DNA of 64,000 nucleotides from Eutreptiella sp. 'Long Island Sound 2002' (taxonomy: Eukaryota > Protista > Euglenida): positions 20,336,001 to 20,400,000 of the forward strand of contig OZ038379.1 of assembly GCA_964036045.1 (NCBI GenBank), written 5' to 3'. A model generated the notes under the pieces. That model saw nothing but the letters and a program-made list of their open reading frames with translations, was not told where the DNA came from and searched no databases. Shown one piece after another: positions 48,042-61,947 of the stretch. Made by a program: the position numbers and the translations under genes. How positions within the stretch are numbered: position 1 is the first letter of the stretch; the number at the start of each line of letters is the position of its first letter.

Positions 48042-49927
48042 GGCGATGGGTTTGGGTCGGGCCACGAAATGCAGCGCTGTCTTTCAGGGACCACGTTTGT
48101 TTTTTTCATCAGGAGGCTCTCTCTCAGCCTAGAGCCTTTCGTGCCTCACGCACACTGGGAAGCGTACGGGCGTGGCAGTCTCCCACTGCATCCCCTGGTT
48201 CCACACTCAGCTAGTCCTCACTGCGTGTCAGATCCGCGACCACAGTCATTTGCGGGATCATTGTAGAATTGGACAGCTCTGAACCCTTGATCCCGAGAGG
48301 TTGTGTGGAGCACCGTACAGTGAGCAGGCGAGGCCAGCTCGCCTTGGTCGGGACCAAAACAGACGTTTTTTTCATCAGGATAGCCCTTGAAGGATGGCAC
48401 TCTGGACCTGCCGTCAACCGCCCTTTGCGCCGCGGTTGACCGCCGATTGTCGGCGGGTGCCCACCGGTGGCCCCTGTGCCCGCCGCCCCACCGCCGCCAC
48501 CCCAGCCACCTCAACATACCCACAGCCAACAGCCCCCGCGAAACGTGCCATGGCCCCGTACGGCGCGGACCTGGACCGCGTGCCACCCCCTCCCCACCGC
48601 ACCCACGGCCCAGCCGGAGCAGCCTCGGTGGAGCCACCGTCGGCCGCCCGGTGCGGTCGGTTGGCTGCCGTGCGACAGTTTTTTTTTGTGCGGCGTAACG
48701 GAACAGTTCTTTCCCCAAAGCGTTGAGACCGGTCCTGCCAACAGAGGGGGGCTTTGGACTAAACGCCCGCTTTGCTCGCCCTCAGTCTCGCAGGCCGGGG
48801 GCCGAAGTCAGCGGTCTGTCTCGGGCCCACAAGGAACCGCAGCTCTGTGCCAAAACCCACGAGGCACGGTCGGTCCAGGCGTCGAAGAAAGGGTTTGTTT
48901 TCCAGAATCCTTCGAGGCTTGGGGGATGTCCCAAGACTGCGGAGGGGCGCCCAGGTCTGTGTCAGGCCGCGGAGGGGCTGACAGGGGCCTGCACGCCGGT
49001 GTCCCATGGATGCGAGGAAGAGCCTCCACTGCGGACGGTCCTTCGTGGGCGATGGCCGAACACAGCGCACCGCAAACCGAACCGCGGCGCGGGTTCCACC
49101 GCATTGCCCCCGCTCTTGCATGGGAGCCTCTGCGCTGCTGTGCCCTTGCCACCTCCGCGGTGCGGCCCATGGCACATGCGAGGGCAGAGGGATGGCACTG
49201 CAGGACCACGGGGCACGTGGGCACGTGGGCCAACGGCCCTCGTCGCCCCTTCGATTGCTCGCAATGCGGACGGCTGGACGCAGACGCCCAAGAACGCCTG
49301 GGGGCTCGTGCTTCACGTGCACAGATGCTGAGCACATCAAGTGGCCAGAATGGGGACCTCTGCTGCTGCCTGACCGTACATCCTTCCGAGCCCCACTCTC
49401 CCAACCCCTGCACTTGTGAGCTCTCACCCACACAACTGCGCCCCCCCCCCCCCCGTCCCGGTCCCACACAACAGTCCCATAGTTCCCAAGTGAAGCAGAG
49501 CTCACGAGGTCCAGCGAACGTGCGATCTTGGACGCAGTACCAACCGTGAGGCCAGCAAGGGCTGGGTTGCAGCTCCTCCTCCCCCTAGCGCCCAACCACT
49601 GATCTCGATCAACAGGTCATACCCCACCAGCCTTTGTGGAACAGCCCCCGCAACCCCCTGTGCTCCCCATGCGGGGGTCAACTTGCAGTCGGCTTGAATC
49701 CCTCGGGGCTAGGGCCGCCCGTACCTCCGCCCCATTGTGATGCTTGCTGCCGCCGAAGCAAGTGCGCAGTGAGGCCCTCTTTTCAATGCAAAATTCTATG
49801 TAATCCTCCGAAGCCAATTGGAGGCGTTTGGAGGTGCTCCGATGCGAACAGTACATTTTGTGGTTATCATCATAAAACCCCACGTACAGAATCTGACGCC
49901 CGATGACGCGTACACGCGCAAGCACGT

Positions 49928-49999
49928 ACACGTACACTTACACGTACACTTACACGTACACTTACACGTACACTTACACGTACACTTACACGTACACTT
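49928..49999. repeat. Perfect tandem repeat (ACACGTACACTT) x6
   Basis: Direct count. Confidence 0.95.
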
Positions 50000-50299
50000 G
50001 TACCATCCGCCTGCCAGTCGTCATGCAAGTAGTGGCTGTCCCTCAACTGAGAGCGGCGCCTGTTTTATTCATAGCGCCCGCGACTGGCCATCCGCGGAAC
50101 CACCATTCGCCAAAATCAGCGTTTGAAGAGGGTCGAAGTTTCGGGGAGGGTGCAAGGCCCGAGGACCAGCACTGGTGACACCACCGTGGGACAAGTCCTC
50201 CAACCCCTTGGCGTGTGAGAGGCGGAGGTATTGGTTGTGAGGAGGTGTCGGTGCCTTCTTTTGGGTCTTTTGCCACCTGCTTCTTTCTTTCTGGCACTT

Positions 50300-51060
50300 T
50301 GTCATTCTGTTTGCAGCATCTGCACCACATTACCCATGTTTTTCTTTTGCATATGATATGCAGTTGAGAACCCCTCAGCTGCCACTATTGGCTGCAACAA
50401 GGCATGCAGTTGTGCAACCCAAAGGCTATCAACACAAGCCATTGTAGTGGACAGTAACCTGTGGTTCATACTGCAGCCCTTCGTGGGTCCAAAGGCACAC
50501 CAGACGCCCATCTCTTCGTCCGCTGACAATGTTACGTTCAACGGACTGCAGGGTTTCCAATGCTCTGCTGGCCGAGCCGACTGTCTTTTCATCTTCCCGG
50601 CAAGTGCTCAAGGTTTCTTCAAGCGCAGAAGAAGGTGCATCTTACGAACACGAACATTTTCACCAGTGCAGATTCTCATGTGTGAGGGGGCTCCAGGCGG
50701 GGAAACCAGGTGAAAGGCAAGCGCACAAAGTGGTATTTCCTTATGGTCATAGGGGGGCGCCTGTTCAGATTCTTAGCCCCAACACCCCCCCCCCCTGGCA
50801 AGTTTTTTTTTCAGGTAGCGCCCGAACTATAGGTCACCTGTTAGTCAGAATGTGGGCAACATGGAGGATGGAGGTTGGACCTGTGGTATTTGCTGGGGAC
50901 TTAAAGGCTGGGACTGTCATAATGGTGGGTTCCATTTCCATTGTGTGCAGCATTATGCACATTGTTGTTTCTATGCATGCTCCTGATTTGCCAATTTTTT
51001 CCACACAGCTCACACTAAAATGCAAATGGTATGTCTATTTCCATGCGGGAGCATTGAAGT
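50300..51060 (-). pseudogene. Possible piggyBac-like transposase remnant
   Basis: VTLSADEEMG followed, after a frameshift, by THEGLQYEP resembles the siDEsM...kqyip motif. Very decayed. Confidence 0.3.
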
Positions 51061-53863
51061 TTCTGCAGCATGCAAACTGGAGGGCAAACACAAAACAGTT
51101 GCAGTGGCAGTGGCAGTAGCAGTAGCAGCATATTGGGATCGAGTAGTAGTAGTCTTCGTCGTCGTTGTCGTCGTCGGGAGGAGCAATGCATTCCTCCTCC
51201 AAGAACCCCCATCCGCCCGTCCAACTCCTCTCTGGTTGGCCGTGAGTAGTACCGCCAGGGACGGCATTGTGCTCCCCCTAGGCGCTCTGTGTGCCTTAAC
51301 ATTGGCCACCCACCACAACTCCGGCACAGTATGTTCTCACACAACTGCTCTGCACAAGTGACCCTGCCTGCACAGGGCGGCCATGCACACAATAGCATAC
51401 GTGCCACCTTGATATGGAACAACGGAACACGACCGGCAGATTTGAGATTACCTTGCAGCCGATCCACATACCCGAACCCCTGCACTCAAGAGATCATGGT
51501 TACGGGGAGGGGGGGCATCTTCTTGACCAAATCCGACGGTGGACGTGACCGTTGTCTAAACAGTGCAACGGAGAGAGAAACGGCATCTTTGGACATGTGC
51601 TGCTTTTGCTTTTCAGTAGACAGTGCTGTATTGTTTCGGGGGAGGGAACGACATTCTGCAAAATGCATGTACAAGGGCCTGTATCCAGGTCTGTCAGACT
51701 GAAATGGGCGTATCATGCCAATGAATCGTCTAAACCTTAACCTGTTGAGGAAAGCAGCAGCGTTTCCTTAAGCCCACCTTATCATTGGGTTGGGCGTTGT
51801 GACCCCTCCCTGATGACAAGCGCCAGGTGTTCCGTTGGCCAAGATTTCTTTTACCCCTTCATGTGGCTCTGCTTAACCAAGATGAGACATTGCGTATGGA
51901 ATGCGATGTTTAGGGCTCCCAGTCCCTGGCCATTCCCCAGAATTGGCCGGCAACGTGCAAAACTTGTTGTAGGACCTGGATTGCGTGCTACCGAACACCA
52001 CTTCTTGCCACCACCAACCCTTTTAACACATTGGCAAACACTGCCAAAATTACAGAAAATCTAGGCCCCTGTCCAGGGAGCGCTGCACTTTGCTGTGTCG
52101 CAGCAGCGCCCTGTATGGTGGGTACTGCAGCATTGATGGCCTATCCATACACAAGCGCACATGCATGACATTCACAAATAATGGGTCCAACTTTTTAAAG
52201 CCCCAGAGCACAATCGGAGGCTGTTTTCTTTTTGAATGCGCATCAGTCTCTTCGGACACTGGGTGTCTTCAACGTATGCCTTGTATTACTGCATGCATAC
52301 GTCCATGATTGCTCCTGGTTTTATCACTCATCTACCTTGCAACGTTTATCCACGCCGCATCCACGACGTCTACATTTCCATTCAAATGCATGTCAGCCGT
52401 GACAGCGCAGATTTGGCACCACATATTTTCCGCACACATTTTTATCTTGTTGTCCTGTATGGAATTGCTGTTGGGCTATGCAGGCGCGTTCAAATAATCC
52501 CCCCCCCCCTCCTTGAATATGGCCCAAGGAAAATTTGTGCGGTGGTACCAAGGAAAACTCAATGTAGAACTGGATCGTGGTGCAGTGCGACAAAAATTGA
52601 CACAATGAACTGAGAGTTGTGACTATGACCATATACCTGTGTCACGGGGGTGTATGCGAGTCCTGTATCCGTTGCTCATGGCCCTCCCTGAATAGTAACC
52701 GCCCTTGAATAGGAACCCGGGGGGGGGGGGGGGGGGCGAGGGAACCGTCACTGTGGGAATGTTCCCCGGGGGTGTGAGGATACCATCGCACGCAGGTGGT
52801 CACTATTCAGTGGGGGGGGGGGGCGCATGAGCGCATCCTGTGGTCCTTGATTCTCTGTGCCCAAGAAGCGCCTCGGCAACGGAAACTCTGGCAGTGTCTC
52901 ACCCCTCCCCACTCCCTCCCCAAATCTCCGTTTTTTTTTTTGGATGCATGCAGTCAGTCATACGCCACCGGACACGCTGTGTGTAGCCCCTGTCCGACCA
53001 TCATGTGTCCTTGCCCGTATTCACTGACTCACATCAGGTGCCTGTCAAGCTCAAGGATGTAGTGTACTCACCGTCCTCCTGCATTGATTCCCTTTGCACA
53101 ATTCAACATTCGAATGGTGTTTGGTTTTAGGCCTCCAGTGCCAAGGCCACTGACGGGAAAGCCTCCTCCGAGGTCAGAAGAGAAAGAAAACGCCCTGCAA
53201 AGGGGCAAATCGAACCCAACAATTGCAGGCCCAGGATGCTCGGTGCACAGGGATGGCTGGAATCGCCCACCTTGACCCAAATCACCTGCAAATGCAGAAG
53301 CGTGTCTGCATGTGCACACGATAAACGTTTCCCGTATATGCGATGCCGCTTCGATCCAAAGGGGCACTGTTCTAGGTGCGTGCAGATGTGTCGTCATGTG
53401 CTGCAAGCTGTCATTATTCATGAAAGCCACCGATTCATATCACTGTCAATTGTGGATGAATGTTCATTTGCTCGATAACCCGACAGCGAGAAGCCTTGCC
53501 TCTTTGTACTGCATGACAGTGGGGCACAAAAGGTGGGACCAGAGGAGGGATACTGGGAAATAGTTATATTGGCTGACTACCTTTGTATTCGTTGCTGTGT
53601 GCTTGTGCTAAGATGTCGAGTGTCCGTGTATGCTCCCTGCTCTTACACGTACGTTTGCTCACACCGGGAGAGCGGGTGCCCAAGGGTGGTAGGGGTGAAA
53701 GAAGGAATGCAGCGAATTTGGGCAACACTGGCCGTACAAGAGGAGAAAAAGGGAAGACAGAAGAAATGCAAGGGATACTGGGCGCCCACCACGAAACATA
53801 GAAGGAGGGCAGCAAAATGAACCATGGGGGGAACGTTAGCGCGCCGGGCATCTTTTGTGACCC

Positions 53864-54170
53864 GTGCCCTACCGGTGGACTGTTGCTGTTGATATGTTGG
53901 GCAACATTATATGGATTTGCCCCTTAGCCCCCGGGACATCAGCAGATGTTTTGATTTGGGATGGGTATGGACCTTCTCGTACCCGAGGTGATTTCTTTGA
54001 TTTTGAAGTTGGGGGCCATGATGGTGCTTATAAAGGCCGGATTCATGTCATTGTGCCTCTCATTGGAAGAAAGAATGGCACTTTGACAGCCCGCCAACAA
54101 CGTTACAATGACGTGCACGGGTGGTATAGGGCACACATTGAGTAGCTGTTTGCTCGGTTGTGGCACGCAA
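53864..54170 (+). pseudogene. PIF/Harbinger (IS5-like, DDE_Tnp_4-type) transposase fragment
   Basis: AVDMLGNI...PGTSADV...DGAYKG...P...LTARQQRYN...RAHIE*LFARL. Confidence 0.8.
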
Positions 54171-55907
54171 GATGAGGCAGAGGATGAGGCAGAAGTGTGT
54201 GTTGTGTTGCCAGAAGTGCTCCACCGTCACAGTTTGTGATGAGTGTAAGGAGCACTATTGTACTGAATGTATTGACACCCACACTTGTGGGACCAATGTT
54301 CTTTGTAAAGTACAATACAAATGACATTTGGTGTTGCTGAATTCACAGATACTGCCTTATTATGCAACGTGCTTTGTAGGGAAGGTGTGCAGTGCAACAT
54401 GGTCTACTTGGGGGGCTTCTCCATGAGAGGGCAAATCTGGGGCTGAAGTCGGGATAGTTAATAGAAAAGTAGCGCGCCGGGCGCGCGCCAGGCAAACATT
54501 CCCCCATGGATCAAAACCGAATGGCCAGGCACACCAACTGGGTTCCGCCAGCTGGCCCAGCCGTGGGGCCCAATGGAGGAGCATGCCCCCTGCCGTGGGG
54601 GCCATTGGGTTTGCTGACCAACCCTCACCCCCCCACCAGGGTAGGGACAGGGTGGGTGGTTGGGCATGCAGAAATTCTCCATTGTGGGGCCTCTCCCCTC
54701 CTTGGAGATGGGGGGCCAGGCAGTCCAGCAGAAGACCATGGAGGAGAGGGGGGATGAACAAGGAGACAAGCCGCGGGGCCTCGGCCCGTGGCCGGCCCTG
54801 GGGGCACAAGGGAGCGGCTGACCACAACTTCCCCCTACCCCCAGCAGGGTCCAACTGGGGGGAGGGGGACCACAATCACCACCTCCCTTGGCCAGCATAC
54901 TCTTTTCAAACAGCCAACCCATGGCTGGCAGCTGCAATGGCAGAGGAGCACCGATCCCTCCCTCCCTTAGGGCTGGGAAGAGGGCGGGATGGGGGCACCG
55001 CAGAGGGTCCCAAGGTCGCCAGGGCCACAGGGGGTGAGCAGGGTGTCAGAAGCAGCGTCCCACAGGGTGCAGAAGCAGCGTCCCACAGGCTGCAGGAGCC
55101 AGCTGGGCTGGAGAGGGATGGATAGAGGGCACGCGGACGGATGCATGGGAGGGCGTCCAGTGAAGTGACCTGAGCCATTGGGGCGGGTCCTTCCCTTGCG
55201 CTGTGTACATTAAGGGGGAGTCACAAGGAGGCGGCATGCCGGCACCGCTGAGTCCTGTCTCTATGCTGACCTCTGTGTGTGCAGCGTGCAGGACCTTATT
55301 CGGCTAGTTTGCTTCCGCAATTGTTGGAACCATGGAACTTGGCATTGGAATTTCTATCTTGTGGTTGTCCATGAAGATTCAGTTTTTTCCATGAGTTGGG
55401 GATGGGGTGGTATATTGGGTATGCTGATTACTGTCTTGTCACTTGCTTGTCACTTGTTGCCACATGTGTGGTTGTCTAGGCACGCAGGTCATCATGCATG
55501 GACCGGGCTACTGACTGTGTCTTCTTAGGGTGCACGCACACAACGCGCTTGTTAGAGCAACAAGAGGTGTTGTTTCCGCCATTTTCAGTGCTTTTCCTGT
55601 TGTTCTCGCAAGGGAGGGGGGGGGTTAGTTCTATCCAGGCCTTTTGGAAGCGTGGTAAATTTGATAAGACAGTGGCAGATTGATCATTTCGACCTGGAAG
55701 CGGCTCACAGGGATGGCATGTGAACCAGACTGGTGACCAAGCTGTACGTTTGGGACATGCAGATGCTTTTTTGGCGCCAATTCGCCAATTCAATGGCAAT
55801 TGTTGTTGGTGCATTTGACACTGTGCAACACAGTGCTTGTGACATTCCCTTTTACAGGTGACCCCACATCACTCCGCATTCCGTCTCACTGCTCTTCAGC
55901 CTTCAAA

Positions 55908-56311
55908 ATGCCAAGCCCCGATGACGCCTCGGTGCTGCGCATTTTGCACACTACGAGCCACGCCACGGTGGCCATTATTCTCTCTTACTTCGGGACGTAC
56001 ATCGCGCTATCACTTGCACGCGCAACCCTGTATGTGCAGTCCCGCTGGTTTCGGTTCATGGCAGGGCTGAGCTTTGTGCTGCAGAGCGTGTTCGCACTTC
56101 ACTTTGTGGACATGCTGGGAATGAACTTCGGCTTGCGGTGGGGTATGGACCCCTTCATGACACTGGGCTCCTTTCTTCTGATCTCGGTCTTCGGAACTGG
56201 TGCCATCTACATCGCCATCTCCGCGCGTGAGCGGTTGGAGTCCCAGCTTCAGCAACACTTCCCCGGCTTCCCGCACGATCCCAAGACGCGGACGCTTGCA
56301 TCCCAGGCGCG
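55908..56311 (+). CDS. MHYT-domain membrane sensor, exon 1
   Basis: SYFGTYIALSLA...SVFALHFVDML..MDPFMTLGS. Pyrimidine-rich AG at 55898-99 just before the ATG fits a trans-splice acceptor; phase-2 GT donor at 56312. Confidence 0.8.
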
Positions 56312-56749
56312 GTATGGGACGAGCAGCCAGGGCTCAGGGGTTTATGGCATCAGGGATTCGCTTTCTTCCTCCTCTCTTTTTTGGTGTTTCGTCAGAGCGT
56401 CGTGTCCGACCGAGCCCGTTCTTGTCGGAGCATGTGACCCCGCTGGACCATTGTTGCCGACTGTAGTTTATGCTCAAGAATGAAACATGGGTGGTCGTGG
56501 GAAAGCGCCGCTAGATCATGCTCGTGAGAGTTATTTCTGCTGAGACTGCCAGCCACTCCGATTTGTGTTTTGTGACTGCTCATGTTGCTAGAGTGGGGTC
56601 CATCCCCCCCCCCCCCCCCAGAAACCCGTGTATGCCCTGGGATCGCAGGCCCTGGCACAACTGGCACTGCGACTACCCACAGCGCCACCAAGGGAATCCA
56701 GCCCCATGTTTTGGATGGAGTGGAACACCAGAAACAAACTGAGGTTTCT

Positions 56750-58271
56750 GTCTTCACTGACACCCGAACCACCAAGGCAGGGAGCACAGGTGTGGAAAGT
56801 GTGGGACAAACTGATCGTCCCACCAGAGGACAAACTTTTCATGCAAAAGGCGTTGTGGAAAAAACTCACAGTGGGCACCTGACTGGCGAACTGGCAGCCC
56901 AGGGGAACCCAGTGTCCACTGGATGGCCAGCAGGAAACCAGGAAACCAGTGAGCACGCGATGTGCTCGTGCAAATACATCCCAGTGGCGGCACACATCGC
57001 CATGCAGTGTATGGGGCTGGTAGACACGCCGGATGGCCAGTCCACGGACATTACAACCCTCCTATGGGACAAACTAGAGCTGTCTCTCACCACCACTAGT
57101 CCTGTGGACGGTGGTCAGGGCGTCGTGGTCAGTGAGGTGTGCTGCCAAAACAAGTACACAGCACTGGACCCTGTCATGGGACTTTTTTGTGGCTTTGTGG
57201 GTTAAGGTCCTACAACAATGGGAAAGACTGCCAGTGAGCACGTTGCCCACAGCTGAAGTTACCCCGCTCATACAAGCCCTCACCTCCATGCAGCAAACGT
57301 CGGTACTGCAACACCCGAGAGTCACGGTATCTAGTTCTCGCACCCCCCCGAAGCTAAAGTGCCCGCCCAAGAAACGGAAGAAAAAATTGGATCAGGCAGA
57401 GGGGCTTAGGGCAGAGCATGCGAGGGTGACCCACGAATATAAACAGCAAGGATGGACGATTGTCTACCCGGATGGTTCGTCGGAAAACCACCTGGTGGTG
57501 GTGAGGGTGGGAGGATATGGCATAAACTTTGGGGATACCCGCAATACAACCGCCTACATCCCACTGAGCGAAGAGCAAACAAACATACGGGCCCTCCGAG
57601 CCCTTGAGGGCCATAGGCTAGGGGAGTACCTGCTGGTCTGTCCACATTGCCTCCTGATTGTCAATGGTATGTTAGGGTGGGTGCAAAAATGGCACCGCCA
57701 CGGCTAGGCGACTGCCAAGGGGCCGGTACAACACAGGGACTTGTGGGAAACTCTATTGTGCCTTATAGAATCGCTGGGAGCACACGTGAAATGGCTTCAT
57801 ACTCCGTCTCACATTGACATCCCAGGCCACACCAGAGTGGACCATCTGGCTGATGTGGGGCGGCGGCAGTCCCCGTTGCTCTTTGGCCAAATTTCCATAC
57901 AACCCAGACGGCTCGAGGAAGCAGAGGCGGACGTATCCGATGAGGAATGGGATGAGGGGTGCGAGGGGTGGGAGCCGGAGGAGGAACTAGAGGAATCGGG
58001 ACCCCCCCCCCCCTTGCCATGCGAAGAACCACTACAAGGCACACCGCAACGGCAAGTGCCAGGGGCGCGGGGGGGGGGGGGGCTGGCAGGATCCCTCCCT
58101 CACCCTTGTCGGATATCGAAATCCGTACGCCAATGTGGGTTCCCAAGCGACAAAGGATGCAGACACCCCTCCACTTTACGCCGCAACCGTTTCAGTGGCG
58201 GGCAGGGGAGCTGGCAACGCCGCTGTCGCCGCTATGCCCTACTTCGTTGGAACCCGGAATACATTCCGTAA
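56750..58271 (+). pseudogene. 3' fragment of a LINE-like element (Cys/His region plus RNase H) in intron 1
   Basis: ALWKKLTVG; RNase H motifs VYPDGSS, EQTNIRA, HRDLWE, WLHTPSHIDIPGHTRVDHLADVG; stops and frameshifts. Confidence 0.75.
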
Positions 58272-59860
58272 CCCCCCGGGAGCGTCGCCAATGGCCTCTC
58301 GGGTCTCCATGCGGCTATTAGAATCCCTCGACCTGGCCCTCATGGATGATGGGGAGGGCCAAAACAGTGATGGAGAGTCCCCCCGATCAGAGGAATCCCA
58401 TGAGTCTGCGGCCACGATAGTGACCTGTAGCACAGAGGGTTCCAGATGTGCCACCCTGTGATCTGCAGCTGATGGCAATGGAGGAGTCCAGCCGGTTGAC
58501 CAACCGCCCCCACCAACCTCCCAGCAAGCAGCCTGCGCCCCCTGCTGTCTGTTGTATGTTATTGACCCCTGAACCGATACCTTGTACTCACTGGGTTTTT
58601 CAACCAAAGGACCAAATGCCAGCTGGATCCGGGAGGGCCAAATGGGAGCCAGCTAATGCTAGCGCCTGGTGATGGAGTGACCAGGCGCTAGGAGCTACCA
58701 CTGACCTGGATGTACGCCTAAGTTGATAGAGTCCAACCATTCAGGGAGGGAGCAGGCTGGAACACGCCGGTTGAACTGAATGCGCCGGAGGCGCCACGAT
58801 GGACAGAAGGTGATGAAGGCTGTGGGGCAGGCGCAGCTGGAGCCTAACGCGGAGCCTAACACTGCAACCTGACCGTTGATGCCCCCAGAAACGCCTGTCT
58901 ATGGGTTGCATGTAAGCACATTGCAGCACGGGATCCCCTTCCGAACATGTCCTCTCCCTGACTTCGGCTGTGCTTGTGCAAGGAGGATGTGGCTTGTTGG
59001 CGAAGCTGTCGAACACAACCGGGGAGGGTCAGCTTTTGGTTGGGTGGAGATCATTAGGCTACAGCGTTCCGATTGGCAGGTGAGTCAGCTCACCATGCCC
59101 GCAGTGTCGCATTGAGTTCTCATTTGCGCTCCGAGGTCATAGTGAGAATATCCCTTGTCTTCGGGGCAGAGCTGACGCTAAACTCCGGCAAAGATTTTGT
59201 CTGCATCCGGCAGCCTCCGGCAGGCAACTGGCAGCACATCCGGCAGCCTCCGGCAGAGGGTGTGGTACGGTGATGCGTGGGACTGGGCTGCCTTTTTCTA
59301 AGCCCGAGAGAGCGCCATGCAACCAATGTACAACAACCGCATGCAACAGCCTCTGGAAGAGGGAGGGATCGCATACGGTAGCCTCCACCGCAGAGTTGCC
59401 CTCACGTACGGTGGCCGTCGGAGTGCCGGAGTTGAGGTGCCGGGGTCAACTCTGCTTGGGGGTAGTATTGAGGCTTCTCATCCGTTGCCCTTCACAGATA
59501 AGGGCAACGGGAGGCGACGGGCGGTGTGGAAAGCACGATAGGGACTGTGCAGCACCGGGCCATAACCGGGGGACATCCCCCGGCCCTTCCCAGGGCAATG
59601 ACTTGAACGGGTGCGCCCGCGTGTGCGGGGCGCAACCCGCAACGACCTCCGAGTGCACCAGATCCACATCCCGGACAGCTCTGTTCAGCAGACCCTGAAG
59701 ATTGGGGAGCGGAAGGGGTGAGGATGGGGTCCCATGGGCCCACCTCCCACCGGCAACATTTCTCCCTGGCCCACGAGGCGGGTGGGACGCGTCGCGTGAC
59801 CCTTGGAGTGCCCGTACCATGTCCGCTTGTGCCGCGACGCCCCCTCACCGCTTTCCGCAG

Positions 59861-60506
59861 GGTGTTGTCGTACCTGCTTGGCCAGACCCACCTCCGCGCA
59901 GTGCTGCTGGCCATCGCCCTCTTGGCCGTGGGCGTCGCATCCTGCCACAACATCGCCATGTTCAGCGTGCGTGGCATGGACGGTGTGGTTTTCGCCCGCT
60001 TCACCTGGGGCAGCATCCCCGCCATTGGCTTTGCAATCTTAGCCTGCGGTCTGGTCATCCTCTCCTTTCTGCTGCTGCCCACCGGCCTGGGCCATCACCT
60101 CAGCACCATTGTGATCACCGGCACCCTGGCTGCGTATCATTACGCATCCATGCATTGGGCGGTGGTGTACACCTACTCCACGAGCGCAGCCCCGACCCCC
60201 ACCGGCTTCGTCCTCACAACTAACGCGGTCTTGGTGTTCGTCGCGTTGCAGAGCGTGGTCACTCTCGGGCATCTGGGACAATTCTTCAGCCACATGACCA
60301 TCGCGCACTATCTCCTCTCACAACAACAGCTCCAGACGGTGGAAAACCTGGCCAGCAACATTGCAGCCATGGACTTGGAGCAGTGCAGGGAGATTCAGGA
60401 CCAGTCAAAGCACCAGCTCTCTGCCCTTGAGAACTCTCTGTTCCAGATCGTGGACAACTTCGAGCTCTATCGGCCATTTTTGCCCCAACATCTTTTTTCG
60501 AACCAG
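59861..60506 (+). CDS. MHYT-domain sensor, exon 2 (further MHYT repeats plus helical linker)
   Basis: VASCHNIAM and AAYHYASM repeats; linker AAMDLE...DNFELYRPFLPQ. Acceptor ttccgcag at 59860 matches phase 2; donor cag|gtgtgg at 60507. Confidence 0.8.
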
Positions 60507-60709
60507 GTGTGGCCTGGGGTTGCCGACGTGCCCAGTCCCCGGGTTGGGTTGGGGTATTAGTTTGGATGATGCAATGGGACCGGGGATGGCAATCTGGCGG
60601 CCGACTGATGACAGAACGATTCTTTGTCGTGATCCCAGTACGATGCACAGTGAAGGCGCTGGAGCAAGGTTTTCTCAAAAATTCTCCCAAAATGGCCAAA
60701 AGGATGCTA

Positions 60710-61145
60710 CCTCCCCCCCCTATCATTATCACGCACCGAAATAATATCACGCATGCATGATAATGTTTTATACCTCCAAAATAATATCACGCATGCAATT
60801 CTTGACGTTAGAGGTAGCAACACAAAAAGGCGGAAACCAGGATTTCTTGCAACACCATTGCTACTTGGTCCAGTTATTTGGAGAGAAATGCGGACATTGA
60901 CAACTGCCTTGAAACTGGTTTAGGGTTGGGCTTGGGCTTGGGTTTAGGAGCGGATGCATCTCCCCTTGGGAGATCGGCACCCTGAGGACTACTGAACACT
61001 CTGCATTCGTTCTCTGAAAGTAAAGGGGGGTGAGGGTGAGCGTGATTTTGCACATCCCTGGGCGGCGGTCAAAATAATATCACGCACCCCCTATTATCAC
61101 GCACCGAAATATTATCACGCGCATGATAATGAAAGGGGGGGGGTT
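60710..61145. mobile_element. MITE with C-run/TCATTATCA inverted ends in intron 2
   Basis: ccccccctatcattatcacgc matches the reverse complement of gcgcatgataatgaaaggggggg; TA flanks; internal repeats of (a/t)atatcacgca. Confidence 0.65.
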
Positions 61146-61502
61146 TACTTATTGGTTGGGGCACCGACAGCACCCCAGAGGACCAGCACAGATTGCTGCT
61201 GTGGAGCGAGGTGTTTACACTAACGTACCTGCGAGTCCTGGAAGCCACTGCAGCTGCAAACAGCAGGGCACTACTTTCGGGATGACTGAGCACACAGCAC
61301 GCCTGTCGCCAGTGACAGTGAAGCCATTCAAGATTCCTGGTGGAATCTGTGTGCAAGGTTTTCAAGCAGCCCTCGCCAGGATGCACGGAACGGCGTTGGC
61401 GTCAAACCGCCGGAAACAATGTTTCCTGGTCCAGGCTGAGCGGGTTTGGCAGCCAGAAGCCACTTGGAAGCTCCTGGGGTCAATTCTTACAGCTGCTACA
61501 AC

Positions 61503-61947
61503 GGGGGGGGGGGGGGGGGGCCTTCGTCAGGGGACAAGTTCGTGGGGAAACTTCGTTTTTCAGTTTGGTGTCGAAGTTTTCCCCACGAAATTTTTTTGTG
61601 CAATTTGGGGCACTTCTCGCTCTTTGTGCATCCCTGGTGGCGGCGGTAGCCAGGTATTGTTGCGCTGTTGTCAGCGGTCAGTCTGTTTGTCACGTCCGTT
61701 CATCTTCCTTGCTTGGGAGTACGTAGAGTATGGAGAGTATGGAGAGCCAACCTGGGCCTTGCTCTCTTTTTATTATCTCTGATGAGTTGGTATTGTTCAA
61801 AATTTGGGCCTGCCAAAGTTTCACACAGCTGGTGTCGAAGTTTCCTGTGTCCGATAGCCCTGCACCAAAATTGCAGGTGTGTCGAAATTGTCCCCTTACG
61901 AAATTTTCCCTGCCGAAATTGTCCCAAGACGAAATCCCCCCCCCCCC
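61503..61947. mobile_element. MITE-like element with G-run/C-run imperfect TIRs in intron 2
   Basis: Gn-ccttcgtcaggggacaagttcg versus cgaaattgtcccaagacgaaat-Cn. Confidence 0.55.

Noticed and set aside
48067-49600. Cluster of overlapping 200-360 aa ORFs on both strands
   Set aside because: High GC explains the open frames; no domain motifs or consistent coding frame identified.
49617-49937. Minus-strand ORF starting YVYVL...LYVG, resembling GIY-YIG
   Set aside because: The YVYV part comes from the adjacent ACACGT tandem repeat, and the conserved Arg, Glu and Asn are not convincingly placed.
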